From positions 480,001-544,000 of the forward strand of contig CAWJPJ010000007.1 in assembly GCA_963844715.1 (NCBI GenBank): DNA of 64,000 nt, given 5' to 3'. How positions within the stretch are numbered: the stretch's first letter is position 1; each line of letters opens with the position of its first letter. Shown piece after piece: positions 1-9,425 of the stretch. The notes beneath the pieces were generated by a model. That model did not search any database and was not told the origin of the DNA. It saw only the letters and a program-made list of their open reading frames with translations. This DNA comes from an uncultured Phycisphaerales bacterium (GTDB taxonomy: Bacteria > Planctomycetota > Phycisphaerae > Tepidisphaerales > Tepidisphaeraceae). Position numbers and translations under genes: made by a program.

Positions 1-131
1 CCTAGGTGATGGAGGACGGGAATCTGGGGGCCGAAGCGGAGGAGCAGGGCGGTGAGGAAGGCGGGGAGGAAGATGCGGGAGGAGAAGAGGCTGGCGTTGC
101 CGATGGAATTGATGAGGGCGTTGGGGTTCAT
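1..131 (-). CDS. 5' end of a hypothetical membrane protein (runs off window)
   Basis: ATG at 131 reads MNPNALINSIGNASLFSSRIFSPAFLTALLLRFGPQIPVLHHL, hydrophobic and open to the window edge; C-ending codons like other minus-strand genes. Confidence 0.6.
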   Translation of the reverse strand, partial: MNPNALINSIGNASLFSSRIFLPAFLTALLLRFGPQIPVLHHL

Positions 132-141
132 GGGTGGGGAA

Positions 142-186
142 GGTGTGAAGGTGTGAAGGTGTGAAGGGTGTGAAGAGTGTGAAGGG
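142..186. repeat. 8-mer tandem repeat arm (GGTGTGAA)n
   Basis: ggtgtgaa x3 then gggtgtgaa, gagtgtgaa; reverse complement of the arm at 681-728. Confidence 0.9.
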
Positions 187-187
187 T

Positions 188-678
188 TTAAGAAGGTGGT
201 GGGATTATGGGTCTGGGGGGCGATTTTTTTGGGGGTTCTTGTTTGCGAGTTGGGCGGGGGCCTGGTTGGATAGGCGGCGCGGCGCGCGAACTTCTCGCCG
301 GGATATTGTGAGGCTTGGAGGTGGGCGATGGAGTTCGAGATCATGCCGCTTATGGAGCGGGAAAGTTCGCTGAGGCGCGCGTGGTCGGCCGAGGAAATAT
401 ATTGCTGATCGGCGGCGATCTGTAGTTGGGCGCGGACTTCACCGCAGGAGCCCTTGACGATGAAGAGAAACTGTGCGAATTCGGTTGTTGAGCCGCGCTC
501 GAATCCCTCGGCGATATTCGACATCACGGAGATTGCCCCGCGACGTATTTGATTGGCCAAGCCGAAATCCCTTTGAAACGGGCCGTCCTTGCAGAGAGCG
601 TAGATCGCGTTGGTCAATTCGTGCGGCCCACTGGTAGATGTGCAACTCCTCGAAAGTTCTTGCGACTTTGCCTTTCAT
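188..678 (-). CDS. four helix bundle protein (23S rRNA intervening-sequence / Avd-like family), apparent frameshift near 620; 3' end approximate
   Basis: Joined frames read MKGKVARTFEELHIYQWA / ELTNAIYALCKDGPFQRDFGLANQIRRGAISVMSNIAEGFERGSTTEFAQFLFIVKGSCGEVRAQLQIAADQQYI; QIRR-x-S-x-SNIAEG and KGS-x-E are family hallmarks. Confidence 0.88.
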
Positions 679-680
679 GG

Positions 681-728
681 TTCGGGCCTTCGCACTTTCA
701 TACCTTCGGACCTTCACACCTTCACACC
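681..728. repeat. 8-mer tandem repeat arm (TTCNNNCC)6
   Basis: ttcgggcc ttcgcact ttcatacc ttcggacc ttcacacc ttcacacc. Confidence 0.85.
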
Positions 729-833
729 CCGTTTGGCGATCCTACCCCGCCGCAATGGCGGACACGAATTCGGAGACTGACGACGACATTTGGCCTTGAC
801 CTTTGCGGCGTGGACGTAATCCTATTGCGGGTC

Positions 834-1461
834 ATGTCGTTTCAGAATGTCATTCAGATCGATCATCCGGTCGTGCAGACGAAGCTGACGGAGCTGCGCG
901 ACTATACGGCGGATCATCGGAAGTTTCGGGCGGTGTTGAATGAGGTTGCGTCACTCATGGTTTATGAGGTGACTCGGGATTGGCCTACGACGCCTCGGCC
1001 GGTGCAGACGCCTATGGAGAGGACGACGGGGCGGGTGTTGTCTCGGCGGGTGACTTTGGTGCCGATTTTGCGCGGGGTTGGGGATGGCGGATGGGGTTTT
1101 GCGGCTGCTGCCGGATGCGCGGATGGGGCATTTGGGTGTTTATCGGGATGAGAAGACGCTTGAGCCGATTTCTTATTATCAGAAGTTGCCGGCGGATATT
1201 GCTTCGACGGAAGTGCTGCTGATCGATCCGATGCTGGCGACGGGGGGGAGCGCGACGGGGGCGGCTACGTTTCTGAAGAAGGCGGGGGTGACGAATTTGA
1301 GATTCGTCTGTCTGGTGGCGGCGCCGGCGGGGATCGAGGCATTTCATAAACAACATCCGGAAGTGGTGATTTATTGCGCGGCGATCGATCGGGAACTGAA
1401 TGAGAAAGGATTTATTCTGCCGGGATTGGGCGATGCGGGGGATCGGATTTTCGGAACTTGA
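834..1461 (+). CDS. upp: uracil phosphoribosyltransferase (frameshift ~1075)
   Basis: [50 protein letters not shown]. Confidence 0.95.
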
Positions 1462-1471
1462 AAAAAACAAT

Positions 1472-1567
1472 AGTTGCCAGTTGCTAGTTGCCAGTTGCCA
1501 GTGAAGATTGGCGACTGGGCGGCGTTTTCGAATTGAACTAACAACTAGCAACTAACAACTGGCAACT
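1472..1567. repeat. heptamer tandem-repeat hairpin (AGTTGCY)n ... (AACTRRC)n
   Basis: agttgcc agttgct agttgcc agttgcc on the left; aactaac aactagc aactaac aactggc on the right; arms are mutually complementary. Confidence 0.85.
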
Positions 1568-1575
1568 TCTTCTTC

Positions 1576-2315
1576 ATGTTTCATCAAACTTTCGCACCAC
1601 AGGATTTGGCGACGGTGGGGGTGCTGGTGGTGTTGGAAAGTGTTTTGTCGATCGACAACGCGCTGGTACTGGGGTTGCTTGCGGGGCGGCTGTCGCGGGC
1701 GAAGCGGATGCGGGCGCTTTCGTACGGGCTTGTTGGGGCGTTTGTTTTGCGGTTGGTGATGATCGGCACGGCGGTTTATCTGCTGCGGTGGGCGATATTG
1801 AAAGTGTTTGGCGGGGTTTATTTGCTTTGGGTGGGGGCGAGATATTTTTTGCCTCGGCGCGGGGGGCGGAAAAAAGCGATTGGGGACGCGGAGGGGCACG
1901 GGTTTTTGGGGACGGTGGTGGCGATTGAGCTGACGGATGTGGCGTTTGCGGTGGATTCGGTACTGGCGGCGGTGGCGCTGGTGGGGCCTGCGCCGCGGGG
2001 GACGCCGGGGGGGAACTGCATCCGAAACTTTGGGTGATCGTGACGGGGGGAATGCTGGGGGTGATCCTGATGCGGTTCGCGGCGGCGATGTTCGCGGTGC
2101 TGATGGAGAAGTTTCCGCGGCTGACGCGGAGCGCCTATGTGCTGGTGATACTGATCGGGGTGAAAATGTTGGTGGAGTGGGCATGCGACAACCCGCCACA
2201 CCCGCAGCGCGTCGATTTTCAGAATCCGGAGGGCGCGGCGTTCTGGATCTTCTGGAGTTTGATGGCGATCGTGCTGGCGTGGGGGCTTTTCGGACCTTCC
2301 AAGGCGTCAGATTAA
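1576..2315 (+). CDS. TerC-family membrane protein (frameshift ~2010)
   Basis: LESVLSIDNALVL, IELTDVAFAVDSVLAAVAL, GGMLGVILMRFAA. Confidence 0.9.
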
Positions 2316-2396
2316 TTTGCTTCCGATTTACGGCGTCGGTACGATTCCGGTTTCGACCGCGAGGAAGCGCTACCTGGGCATTAGGCCGGAGTTGAC

Positions 2397-2858
2397 ATGC
2401 GTTTGTCGGAGATATTGAAGCCAGCAAACATCATTGTTCCCCTCGATGTGAAGACCAAGAACGAAGCGATCAGCGCGCTGGTTACGCGGTTGGCGGAGAA
2501 CAAGGAAATTCTGGACGCCAAGAGCGTGTTGGACGCGGTGCTGGAGCGCGAGAGCACGCGGACGACGGGGATCGGGAACGGGCTGGCGATTCCGCACGGG
2601 AAATGCACGGGGACGGCGCATCTGGTGATGGCGATCGGGAAGTTATTGACGCCGATCGATTTTCAGGCGATTGACGGTCGGCCGGTGTCGCTGGTGTGGC
2701 TGCTGACGAGCCCGCCGGATCAGACGGGGCCGCATATTCATGCGTTGGCGCGAATCAGCCGATTGATGACGATCGATAAGTTCCGGCAAACGCTGAACCA
2801 GGCGAATTCTGCGCAGGAAATTTTCAACGCGATCGTTCAGCAGGAAAATTCACTTTAA
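2397..2858 (+). CDS. PTS EIIA domain protein (PtsN/fructose-type)
   Basis: LERESTRTTGIGNGLAIPHGK phospho-His motif; IDFQAIDGRPV. Confidence 0.92.
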   Translation: MRLSEILKPANIIVPLDVKTKNEAISALVTRLAENKEILDAKSVLDAVLERESTRTTGIGNGLAIPHGKCTGTAHLVMAIGKLLTPIDFQAIDGRPVSLVWLLTSPPDQTGPHIHALARISRLMTIDKFRQTLNQANSAQEIFNAIVQQENSL

Positions 2859-3686
2859 CAATATGAGAAGACCCCCATGCCGGCGGCATGGGCGTTACAG
2901 AACAGGTGGGGCTGCTCTGGGTCAGGGCGAGTCCCAGGCGGCATGCGGCGGATTTCCTCGCGCTGCAATTCGCCCAGGAGGCGGGTGAGTTGCGACATGA
3001 CTTTTCGCCCCTCGAGATCGTTTTCGAGTTTCTTGAATTGGATTCCTGTGATGATGGTGTCGCCGTCGGGGGGGGCGAAGGGATTGCGCATGCGGCCTTC
3101 GAGGATCATGACTTCCTCGCGCACGGTGAGCTGGACGCGGAGGCGGTCTTCGGTGCCGATTTTTGGGGGCTCGCCGTCCTTGCCGATGAGGCGGACGCCG
3201 GCGCCGCCGATGCTGAGGTTGCGCAGGTCGGCCTGGACTTCGGCGGCGGCATTGGGGGGAGCCTTGAAATGGACGCGGTCGCCGAGTGCGCCAGATTCGG
3301 ATGGTGACTTCGCCGTCGTGGGGGATATCGACGCGGTAGTTGGAGCGCCGCTGGACGGATTTGATTTCCTTTGGCCAGGCGACGAGGACGGCGTCTACGG
3401 TGGTTTCGAAGTTGAGTTTGACGCTGGGGACGGTTCGGATCAGGGGCTGGCGAACATGGCCATGTGGGCGCCATGCTTGAAGGAGATGCCGACGGGTCTT
3501 TTCTCGGCGATGAGCTGGGCGATCAGGGCTTGTTCCTCGGGCGGGGACTCGACGAGAAAGCCTTCATCGGTGGAATTGAGGAATCTGGATTTACTGTGAC
3601 GCAGCATACCGGCGGAAGGAAGGGACAGGGCGGCTCCGACATTGCGCAATGGCTTGACGGAGAAGTTCCAAGGAATTATCAGCCAT
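2855..3686 (-). CDS. PilZ-domain (YcgR-like) c-di-GMP receptor, several frameshifts
   Basis: Joined frames give MADNSLELLRQA...KSRFL...VQRRSNYRVDIP...DLRNLSIGGAGVRL...GIQFKKL; RxxxR and (D/N)xSxxG PilZ motifs. Confidence 0.72.
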
Positions 3687-3765
3687 GACGCGACGGCATC
3701 CGCCAAAGATGCACCGCTGTAGAATCGGCCGGATCGCGGGGAAGATTTAGTGAGGGGGCAAATCT

Positions 3766-5258
3766 CTAGTCGAGATTCATGCTCATCAGGAATTGTGCGT
3801 TGCTGGGCACTTTTTCCAGACGTCCCTTGAGCAACTCGATGGACTCGACGGGGTTCATATCGCTGAGAACGCGTCGCAGGCGATAGACGAGATCCATCTC
3901 CTTGGGATCGAGCAGGAGTTCTTCGCGGCGGGTGCCGCTGGAGTTGATGTCGATGGCCGGATAAATGCGCTTGTCGACGAGCCGGCGGTCGAGATGGAGT
4001 TCGGCGTTGCCGGTGCCTTTGAACTCCTCGAAGATGACTTCGTCCATTTTGCTGCCGGTGTCGATGAGGGCGGTGGCGAGGATGGTGAGGCTGCCGCCTT
4101 CTTCGATGTTTCGGGCGGCTCCGAAGAAGCGTTTTGGCTTCTGGAGGGCGTTGGCGTCGACGCCGCCGGTGAGGATCTTTCCGCTGTGGGGGACTTCGGT
4201 GTTATAGGCGCGGGCGAGGCGCGTGATGCTGTCGAGGAGGATGACGACGTCCTTGCCGAACTCGACGTAGCGTTTGGCTTTTTCGATGACCATTTCAGCG
4301 ACCTGGACGTGGCGGCTGGCGGGCTCGTCGAAGGTGCTGGAGACGACCTCGGCCTTGGTGTTGCGCTCCATGTCCGTGACTTCTTCGGGCGCTCGTCGAT
4401 CAGCAGAACGATCAGGACGACTTCCGGATGGTTCTTGGTGATGGCGTTGGCGATTTTTTGGAGAAGGACGGTTTTGCCGGTTCGCGGCGGCGCGACGATG
4501 AGCATGCGCTGACCTTTGCCGATGGGCGTGACCAGATCGACGATGCGCATGTTGAGGTCTTTGGGATCGTGCTCGAGGATCAAGCGGCCGCTGGGATGCA
4601 GCGGTGTCAGGTCTTCAAAGTTGCTGACGTCGGTGATGCGTTCGGGGTCTTCGCCGTTGATGGCTTCGACGCGGAGGAGCGCGAAATAACGTTCGGATTC
4701 CTTGGGGGGACGGATTTGTCCCTGGACGACGTGCCCGTTGCGCAGGCCGAAGCGTCGGATCTGGCTGGGGCTGATGTAGATGTCGTCGGGGCAGGGGAGA
4801 TAGTTGTATTCGGGGCTACGGAGAAACCCGAAGCCGTCGGGGAGAATTTCCAGGACGCCTTCGCCGTACATCAGGCCGTTCTGGCGGATGCGGGCGCGCA
4901 GAATCTGGAAGATGAGGTCCTGTTTCTTGAGGCCGACGTAATCGGTGATTCCCTCTTCCTTGGCGATGTCGTGCAGTTTGTGCACGTCCATGGTCTGGAG
5001 GTCTTTGATGTAGAGTTTTCCGCCTTTGACCTGTTCGTATTTGGCGTTGGTTTCGGCGTCAAAATTGGCGACGTCCTCGCCCGAGCCCGGGGCGGGTTTG
5101 CGGGGCTCTTCTTTGGGGGCTTCTTCGGCCGGTGGTTGCGCTGTGGCGACGGCGGGGGCCGCCTCCTGGCGACGTTCGTGCTCCTGCACCTCATCGCCGG
5201 AATTCGCATGATGCGAGCCGCTGCCGCGCCGAGTCCGGGCGCCGGTTGTCTTTGCCAT
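3766..5258 (-). CDS. rho: transcription termination factor Rho (frameshift ~4385)
   Basis: [58 protein letters not shown]-terminal low-complexity extension. Confidence 0.97.
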
Positions 5259-5501
5259 GAAAGGTCTCCTACTAGAACATAAAAAACAGAGCAAAAAGGG
5301 GAAATGGCGTGAAGAAGCAGGCGCCTGGGGGCAAATCCTCGACCCGAGGCGACCGGGGCGCTCAAAGGCGGCTAGCGCCGCCTGCGAGTCCGACACGATA
5401 CGTCTCTCTTACCCTTGTGAATGGGATCAGGGGACACCTAAGCTTAGCGGGATCACCCGAACAATTCATCCTGAAAACCGCTCGTTCCCTGGCCTGAAAT
5501 A

Positions 5502-6125
5502 TTATCCTGATTTCATGCTTGCAAGGGTTCGGGAAAGCACTTCATTGACTTGGGTGCGGGCATATTCCGCGTCGGCGGTGTTAACGACAACATAATCGGA
5601 TATTTCGCGCTTCTTGTCCAGAGGCCACTGCAATTTTTCGCGGCGATCCAGTTCCTGGGGGTCCCACCCGCGGGAGTCCCGGACCCGCGCAACCCGCTGC
5701 GCCAGCGAGGCCTGAACGAAAATCACGGCATCGCATTGGGTGGTTAATCCCGATTCAAATAATAGGGGGGTATCCCACACAAAAGCGGTAATTTCCGGAT
5801 TTTTTGCAATCGCGGCGTCCATGGCCCGGCGGCGGGCGTCGTCAACTCGCGGGTGAAGAAGGGCCTCGAGTTTTTTGAGTTCCTTTTCGTCGGAAAAGAC
5901 GCGGTTAGCGATGGCCTGGCGATTGGCGGTGCCGTCGGGATTGACGACTTCGGGGCCCCACCAGGATTGCAGAATTTGCACGAGCTGGGGGTTTTGATAT
6001 TCCTGTCGAACCAGTTGGTCGGAATCGACGACGAAGCAACCCTTTTGCGCAAGGAGGTTAGCGACGAGGCTTTTTCCGCTGCCGATGCCGCCGACGATGC
6101 CAAGGATGGGCTTTCCTGCGTACAT
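5502..6125 (-). CDS. coaE: dephospho-CoA kinase
   Basis: GIVGGIGSGKS P-loop, LEALLHPRV, DTPLLFESG. Confidence 0.93.
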   Translation of the reverse strand: MYAGKPILGIVGGIGSGKSLVANLLAQKGCFVVDSDQLVRQEYQNPQLVQILQSWWGPEVVNPDGTANRQAIANRVFSDEKELKKLEALLHPRVDDARRRAMDAAIAKNPEITAFVWDTPLLFESGLTTQCDAVIFVQASLAQRVARVRDSRGWDPQELDRREKLQWPLDKKREISDYVVVNTADAEYARTQVNEVLSRTLASMKSG

Positions 6126-6144
6126 GCTGTTTATTCGATATTAG

Positions 6145-6585
6145 TTAGATGGCGATGGCGTATTCGATAATTTCGAGCGGATTTCCGGCGGGGTCATAGA
6201 GGGCGATGACGTCGTCGCCGGGAGTGATGCCGCGGAGGCGCATGAATTCGATCTCGGCGTCATTGAGTCGCTGCGCCAAATCGGCCAGGGAAGGGACGGC
6301 GATGCCGAGGGAGCGCATGTCCTCTCGCGGCTGGGGGCGCTCGGTGATGTCGAAATAGAGATCGTGATTCTCGGCGCTGTAGACAATATCGCGCGTGTCC
6401 TCGCGGCGAAAAAATTGAAGCAGTCCAAGATAGAACTGATCGAGTTTTCGCTCGATGCCGGCGGTGGCAGGGAGGCGGCAATCGTCGATGGCAATAAGCC
6501 GCACGAGGGGAGGCTGTTCGATTTTTGGGCGGCGGTCCTCGACCGGCTCGAAGGGCGTCGCGATCGGCTCCAATTCCATTGCCAT
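6145..6585 (-). CDS. hypothetical protein, VOC/glyoxalase-like fold
   Basis: LDQFYLGLL, LGIAVPSLADLAQRL and C-terminal LYDPAGNPLEIIE. Confidence 0.6.
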   Translation of the reverse strand: MAMELEPIATPFEPVEDRRPKIEQPPLVRLIAIDDCRLPATAGIERKLDQFYLGLLQFFRREDTRDIVYSAENHDLYFDITERPQPREDMRSLGIAVPSLADLAQRLNDAEIEFMRLRGITPGDDVIALYDPAGNPLEIIEYAIAI

Positions 6586-6623
6586 GCTCGCGCCTTTGTC
6601 TGTAGAGCGGCCTTCACCCGATC

Positions 6624-7187
6624 CTAGCGGAGCATTCCCGCTTTCTTGGCGAAGGGGAATAATCCGCCTGCTTCGATGATGGGCAGGACGTCTCCCAGCG
6701 GCGCAGCGCGTGGCGGGCGCTGCCGCGGGAATGGTTGATTACGCATTGTTTTTCCAGATCGACTTCGAGTTCGTCGCCGGTGTGGATTTTTTCGACCAGG
6801 CGTTCGGCGGATTCGATGGGGACGAGATAGCCGCCGTTTACGCTGTTGCGGAAGAAGATTCTGGCATAGAACTCGGCAATCACACAGGAGCACCCCGCTT
6901 CGGCGAGCGCGAGGGGAGCGTGTTCGCGGCTGGAGCCGCTGCCGAAATTTTTTCCGCCGACGACGATTTGGAAATCGCTTTTGAATTCGTTTTCGCGGAC
7001 GAATCGGATGTGCCCGTTGGGGAGACCGGCTTGCGCCGTCCGGGACGCTGCTCATGGCGTACATGCCGAAGAATTTTCGTTCCTCGGGAATCGACGGATT
7101 ATACGAGAGGTACTTCGCCGGGATGATCTGGTCCGTGTCGATGTTATCGCCAAGGACGTAGGCTTTCCCGCGGATGACGGTTTGCAT
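6624..7187 (-). CDS. leuD: 3-isopropylmalate dehydratase small subunit-like (type 2 LeuD/HacB), frameshifted
   Basis: LGDNIDTDQIIPAKYL, GKNFGSGSSREHAP, IAEFYARIFFRNSVNGG, IIEAGGL across frames. Confidence 0.82.
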   Translation of the reverse strand: MQTVIRGKAYVLGDNIDTDQIIPAKYLSYNPSIPEERKFFGMYAMSSVPDGASRSPQRAHPIRPRKRIQKRFPNRRRRKKFRQRLQPRTRSPRARRSGVLLCDCRVLCQNLLPQQRKRRLSRPHRIRRTPGRKNPHRRRTRSRSGKTMRNQPFPRQRPPRAAPLGDVLPIIEAGGLFPFAKKAGMLR

Positions 7188-7485
7188 GGAAGCGACTCCG
7201 GATCGAACAAAAAAATTTGCGCTACGCCAACATATTTGCAGCGGTCGATGGAACGAATTTTGAGGATCGCCTGGCAATTATCGCGTGTTGGCTGCGTTCA
7301 ATACGGTTATACAACTCTAGTTCGCGGCTTGCCACATGGTTTGGGCATTTCGCGGTTTCCCGTTGATTGCGCACTGGCGAAAAAGCGCAGAATCAAATCA
7401 AAAACGAGGATAAGGCGATTTGAAGCAACCAATCCTGCAAGAGTGATGACAGAAAGCGGTCAAATGAAAGAGCGTTGAAAAAACC

Positions 7486-7522
7486 AAAAAAGAAGACACC
7501 GGCATTTCTGCACGGTGTCTTC
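7486..7522 (-). terminator. intrinsic terminator
   Basis: 10-bp stem gaagacaccg (7492-7501) / cggtgtcttc (7513-7522) followed by a U tract on the minus strand. Confidence 0.8.
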
Positions 7523-7568
7523 CGGAGGGGAGAAAATGCGCCGTCAGCGCGAACGGTATAAATTGCCT
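7486..7568 (-). ncRNA. candidate small RNA (~85 nt)
   Basis: Between a sigma70-like promoter (7574-7602) and the terminator; contains UUUUCUCCCCUCC. Confidence 0.55.
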
Positions 7569-7573
7569 ATTTT

Positions 7574-7602
7574 ATCTTAATCACGAGCAGATCATTAAGC
7601 AA
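7574..7602 (-). promoter_or_regulatory. sigma70-like promoter TTGCTT-N17-TAAGAT
   Basis: -35 at 7602-7597, -10 at 7579-7574, 17-nt spacer. Confidence 0.6.
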
Positions 7603-7694
7603 GAAGTTCGATCTGCCCGCACCATTCAAGAAACCCATCGGCCGCGACCTTCAAACCTCTACAATGATTTTTTCGGAAAATATCGTGAAATTGC

Positions 7695-8405
7695 TTAACA
7701 ATGGAAAATATCAACGCTGGTCGATATGAGATTTTTGTAGCTGGGCGACGGCTTTAAAGATGCGCGAGGTGGCTTCCTCGACGCCGGCGCGAGTTTTCTG
7801 AAGATTCGATAAATCCACCGCTGGACCGAAGGAGACCGAGGCTGCGGCGGGTAGAGTGAAGGCGGCGAGGAACTCGCGGCCGCGCTGGTTTCCATCGAGA
7901 TAAGCCGGAAAGACGGGGGCGCGGTCCGCAGGGCCAGGAGGCCGATGCCCTGCTGGAAGGGGATTAGATCGGGGGTGGACTCGATTTTTCCTTCGGGGAA
8001 GACGCCGAGGAGCAGGCCGTTTTGGAGAGCACGGATGGCGGCACGTGTGGCGGCGGTGTCGTAGCCGGTGCGCTGGACGGGGATGGCGCCGACGAGCTTA
8101 TAGAGCCATTGCAGGCCGGTCTGGTCGAAATATTCGCGGGCCATCATCCAGCGGGCGAGCCTGGGGCAGCCGGTTTGGAGTAGGAGGGGATCGAGGCCGC
8201 TGGTGTGGTTGGAAACGAGGATGGCCGGGCCGGTGCGCGGGATCTGGCAGGGGGATTCGATTTTCAGGGAGTGATAGATGCGGGAGTAGATGGAAGTAAA
8301 GGAGCGTAAGCAACGGACGAGGGTGGATTTTTCGGGGCGGCCCAAAGATGCATCGGCAGGCGGCGGCACAGGCGGGGGAATACTTGATTGGGTGGAATCG
8401 TGCAA
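7695..8405 (-). CDS. lysophospholipid/1-acylglycerol-3-phosphate acyltransferase (PlsC family), frameshift near C-terminus
   Basis: NHTSGLDP (HX4D) and GVFPEGK motifs. Confidence 0.88.
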   Translation of the reverse strand: MHDSTQSSIPPPVPPPADASLGRPEKSTLVRCLRSFTSIYSRIYHSLKIESPCQIPRTGPAILVSNHTSGLDPLLLQTGCPRLARWMMAREYFDQTGLQWLYKLVGAIPVQRTGYDTAATRAAIRALQNGLLLGVFPEGKIESTPDLIPFQQGIGLLALRTAPPSFRLISMETSAAASSSPPSLYPPQPRSPSVQRWIYRIFRKLAPASRKPPRASLKPSPSYKNLISTSVDIFHC

Positions 8406-8446
8406 TCTGGCGTCGGGCAGGGCTGCGGGGAGAATCGGCGTTTAGA

Positions 8447-9425
8447 GTGATTCGGGTACTGACAATCACGAATAATTTGCGGCAGGCGTCGTTTCGGTTG
8501 CGCATTCAATCGCTGGTTGGGAGACTTGCCGAGCGGGGGGTGCAACTCGAGATCGTCGAACGGGAGCGGGGATTTTTTGCACGGCGGAAGATGCTGAGGT
8601 CGGCCGGGGGTTACGACGCGGTGCTGCTGCAACGGAAAATGCTCGATCCGGGGGATATGAATATTTTGCGGCGATGCGCGGCGGATTGTGTTTGACGTGG
8701 ACGACGCGGTGATGATTCACAGCCGGCCGGTGGGGGCGATCGAGCGATGGCGCACGGGGCGACGATTTACGGCGACGGCGAAGAATGTCGATCTGGTGGT
8801 GGCCGGGAATGAATACCTGGCCGGGTTGTTTCGCGCACAGGGGGCGAAGACGGTTGTGCTGCCGACGTGCGTGGATGCGGCGCGCTATCAGACGAAGGCG
8901 GCGGGGCAATCGGGTTCGACGACTTTGGTTTGGATTGGGAGTCGATCGACGTTGCGGTACTTGCAGGAATCATTCGGGGCGCTGTCGGAAGCGGCGCGGA
9001 GCGTGGCGGGGCTTCGGCTGGTCGTGATCGCGGATGTTGGGCCGGAGAATTGTCCGATTCCGATGGAGCTCGTTGTATGGTCGATCGAGGGGGAAGCGGC
9101 GGCGCTGGGTCGCGGAGATATTGGGATTGCGCCGACGCCGTCCGATCCCTGGACGCTGGGGAAATGCGGGTTCAAGATTATTCAGTATATGGCGGCGGGG
9201 TTGCCGGTGATTGCCAGTCCAGTGGGGGCGAATGCGGAGATTGTGGTTGGGGGGGAGACGGGATTGTTGCCGGGGGATTTTTCGAAATGGCCGGAGGCGA
9301 TTGCGGCGCTGGCGGGGAATTGCGAGCTGCGGGGGAGAATGGGGGCGGCGGGGAGGAAGCGGGTGGAGGAGAAATTCACGATTGAATTTGCGGCGGATCA
9401 GTGGGCGCGGTGGCTGAGGGAATAG
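8447..9425 (+). CDS. glycosyltransferase family 4 (frameshift ~8685)
   Basis: ASFRLRI, FDVDDAV, LVWIGS, GKCGFKIIQYMAAGLPVIASPVGAN. Confidence 0.88.

Noticed and set aside
142..1567. CRISPR array or DGR
   Set aside because: Units are 7-8 bp without spacers and no cas genes are present; no reverse transcriptase or TR/VR pair accompanies the Avd-like gene in this window.
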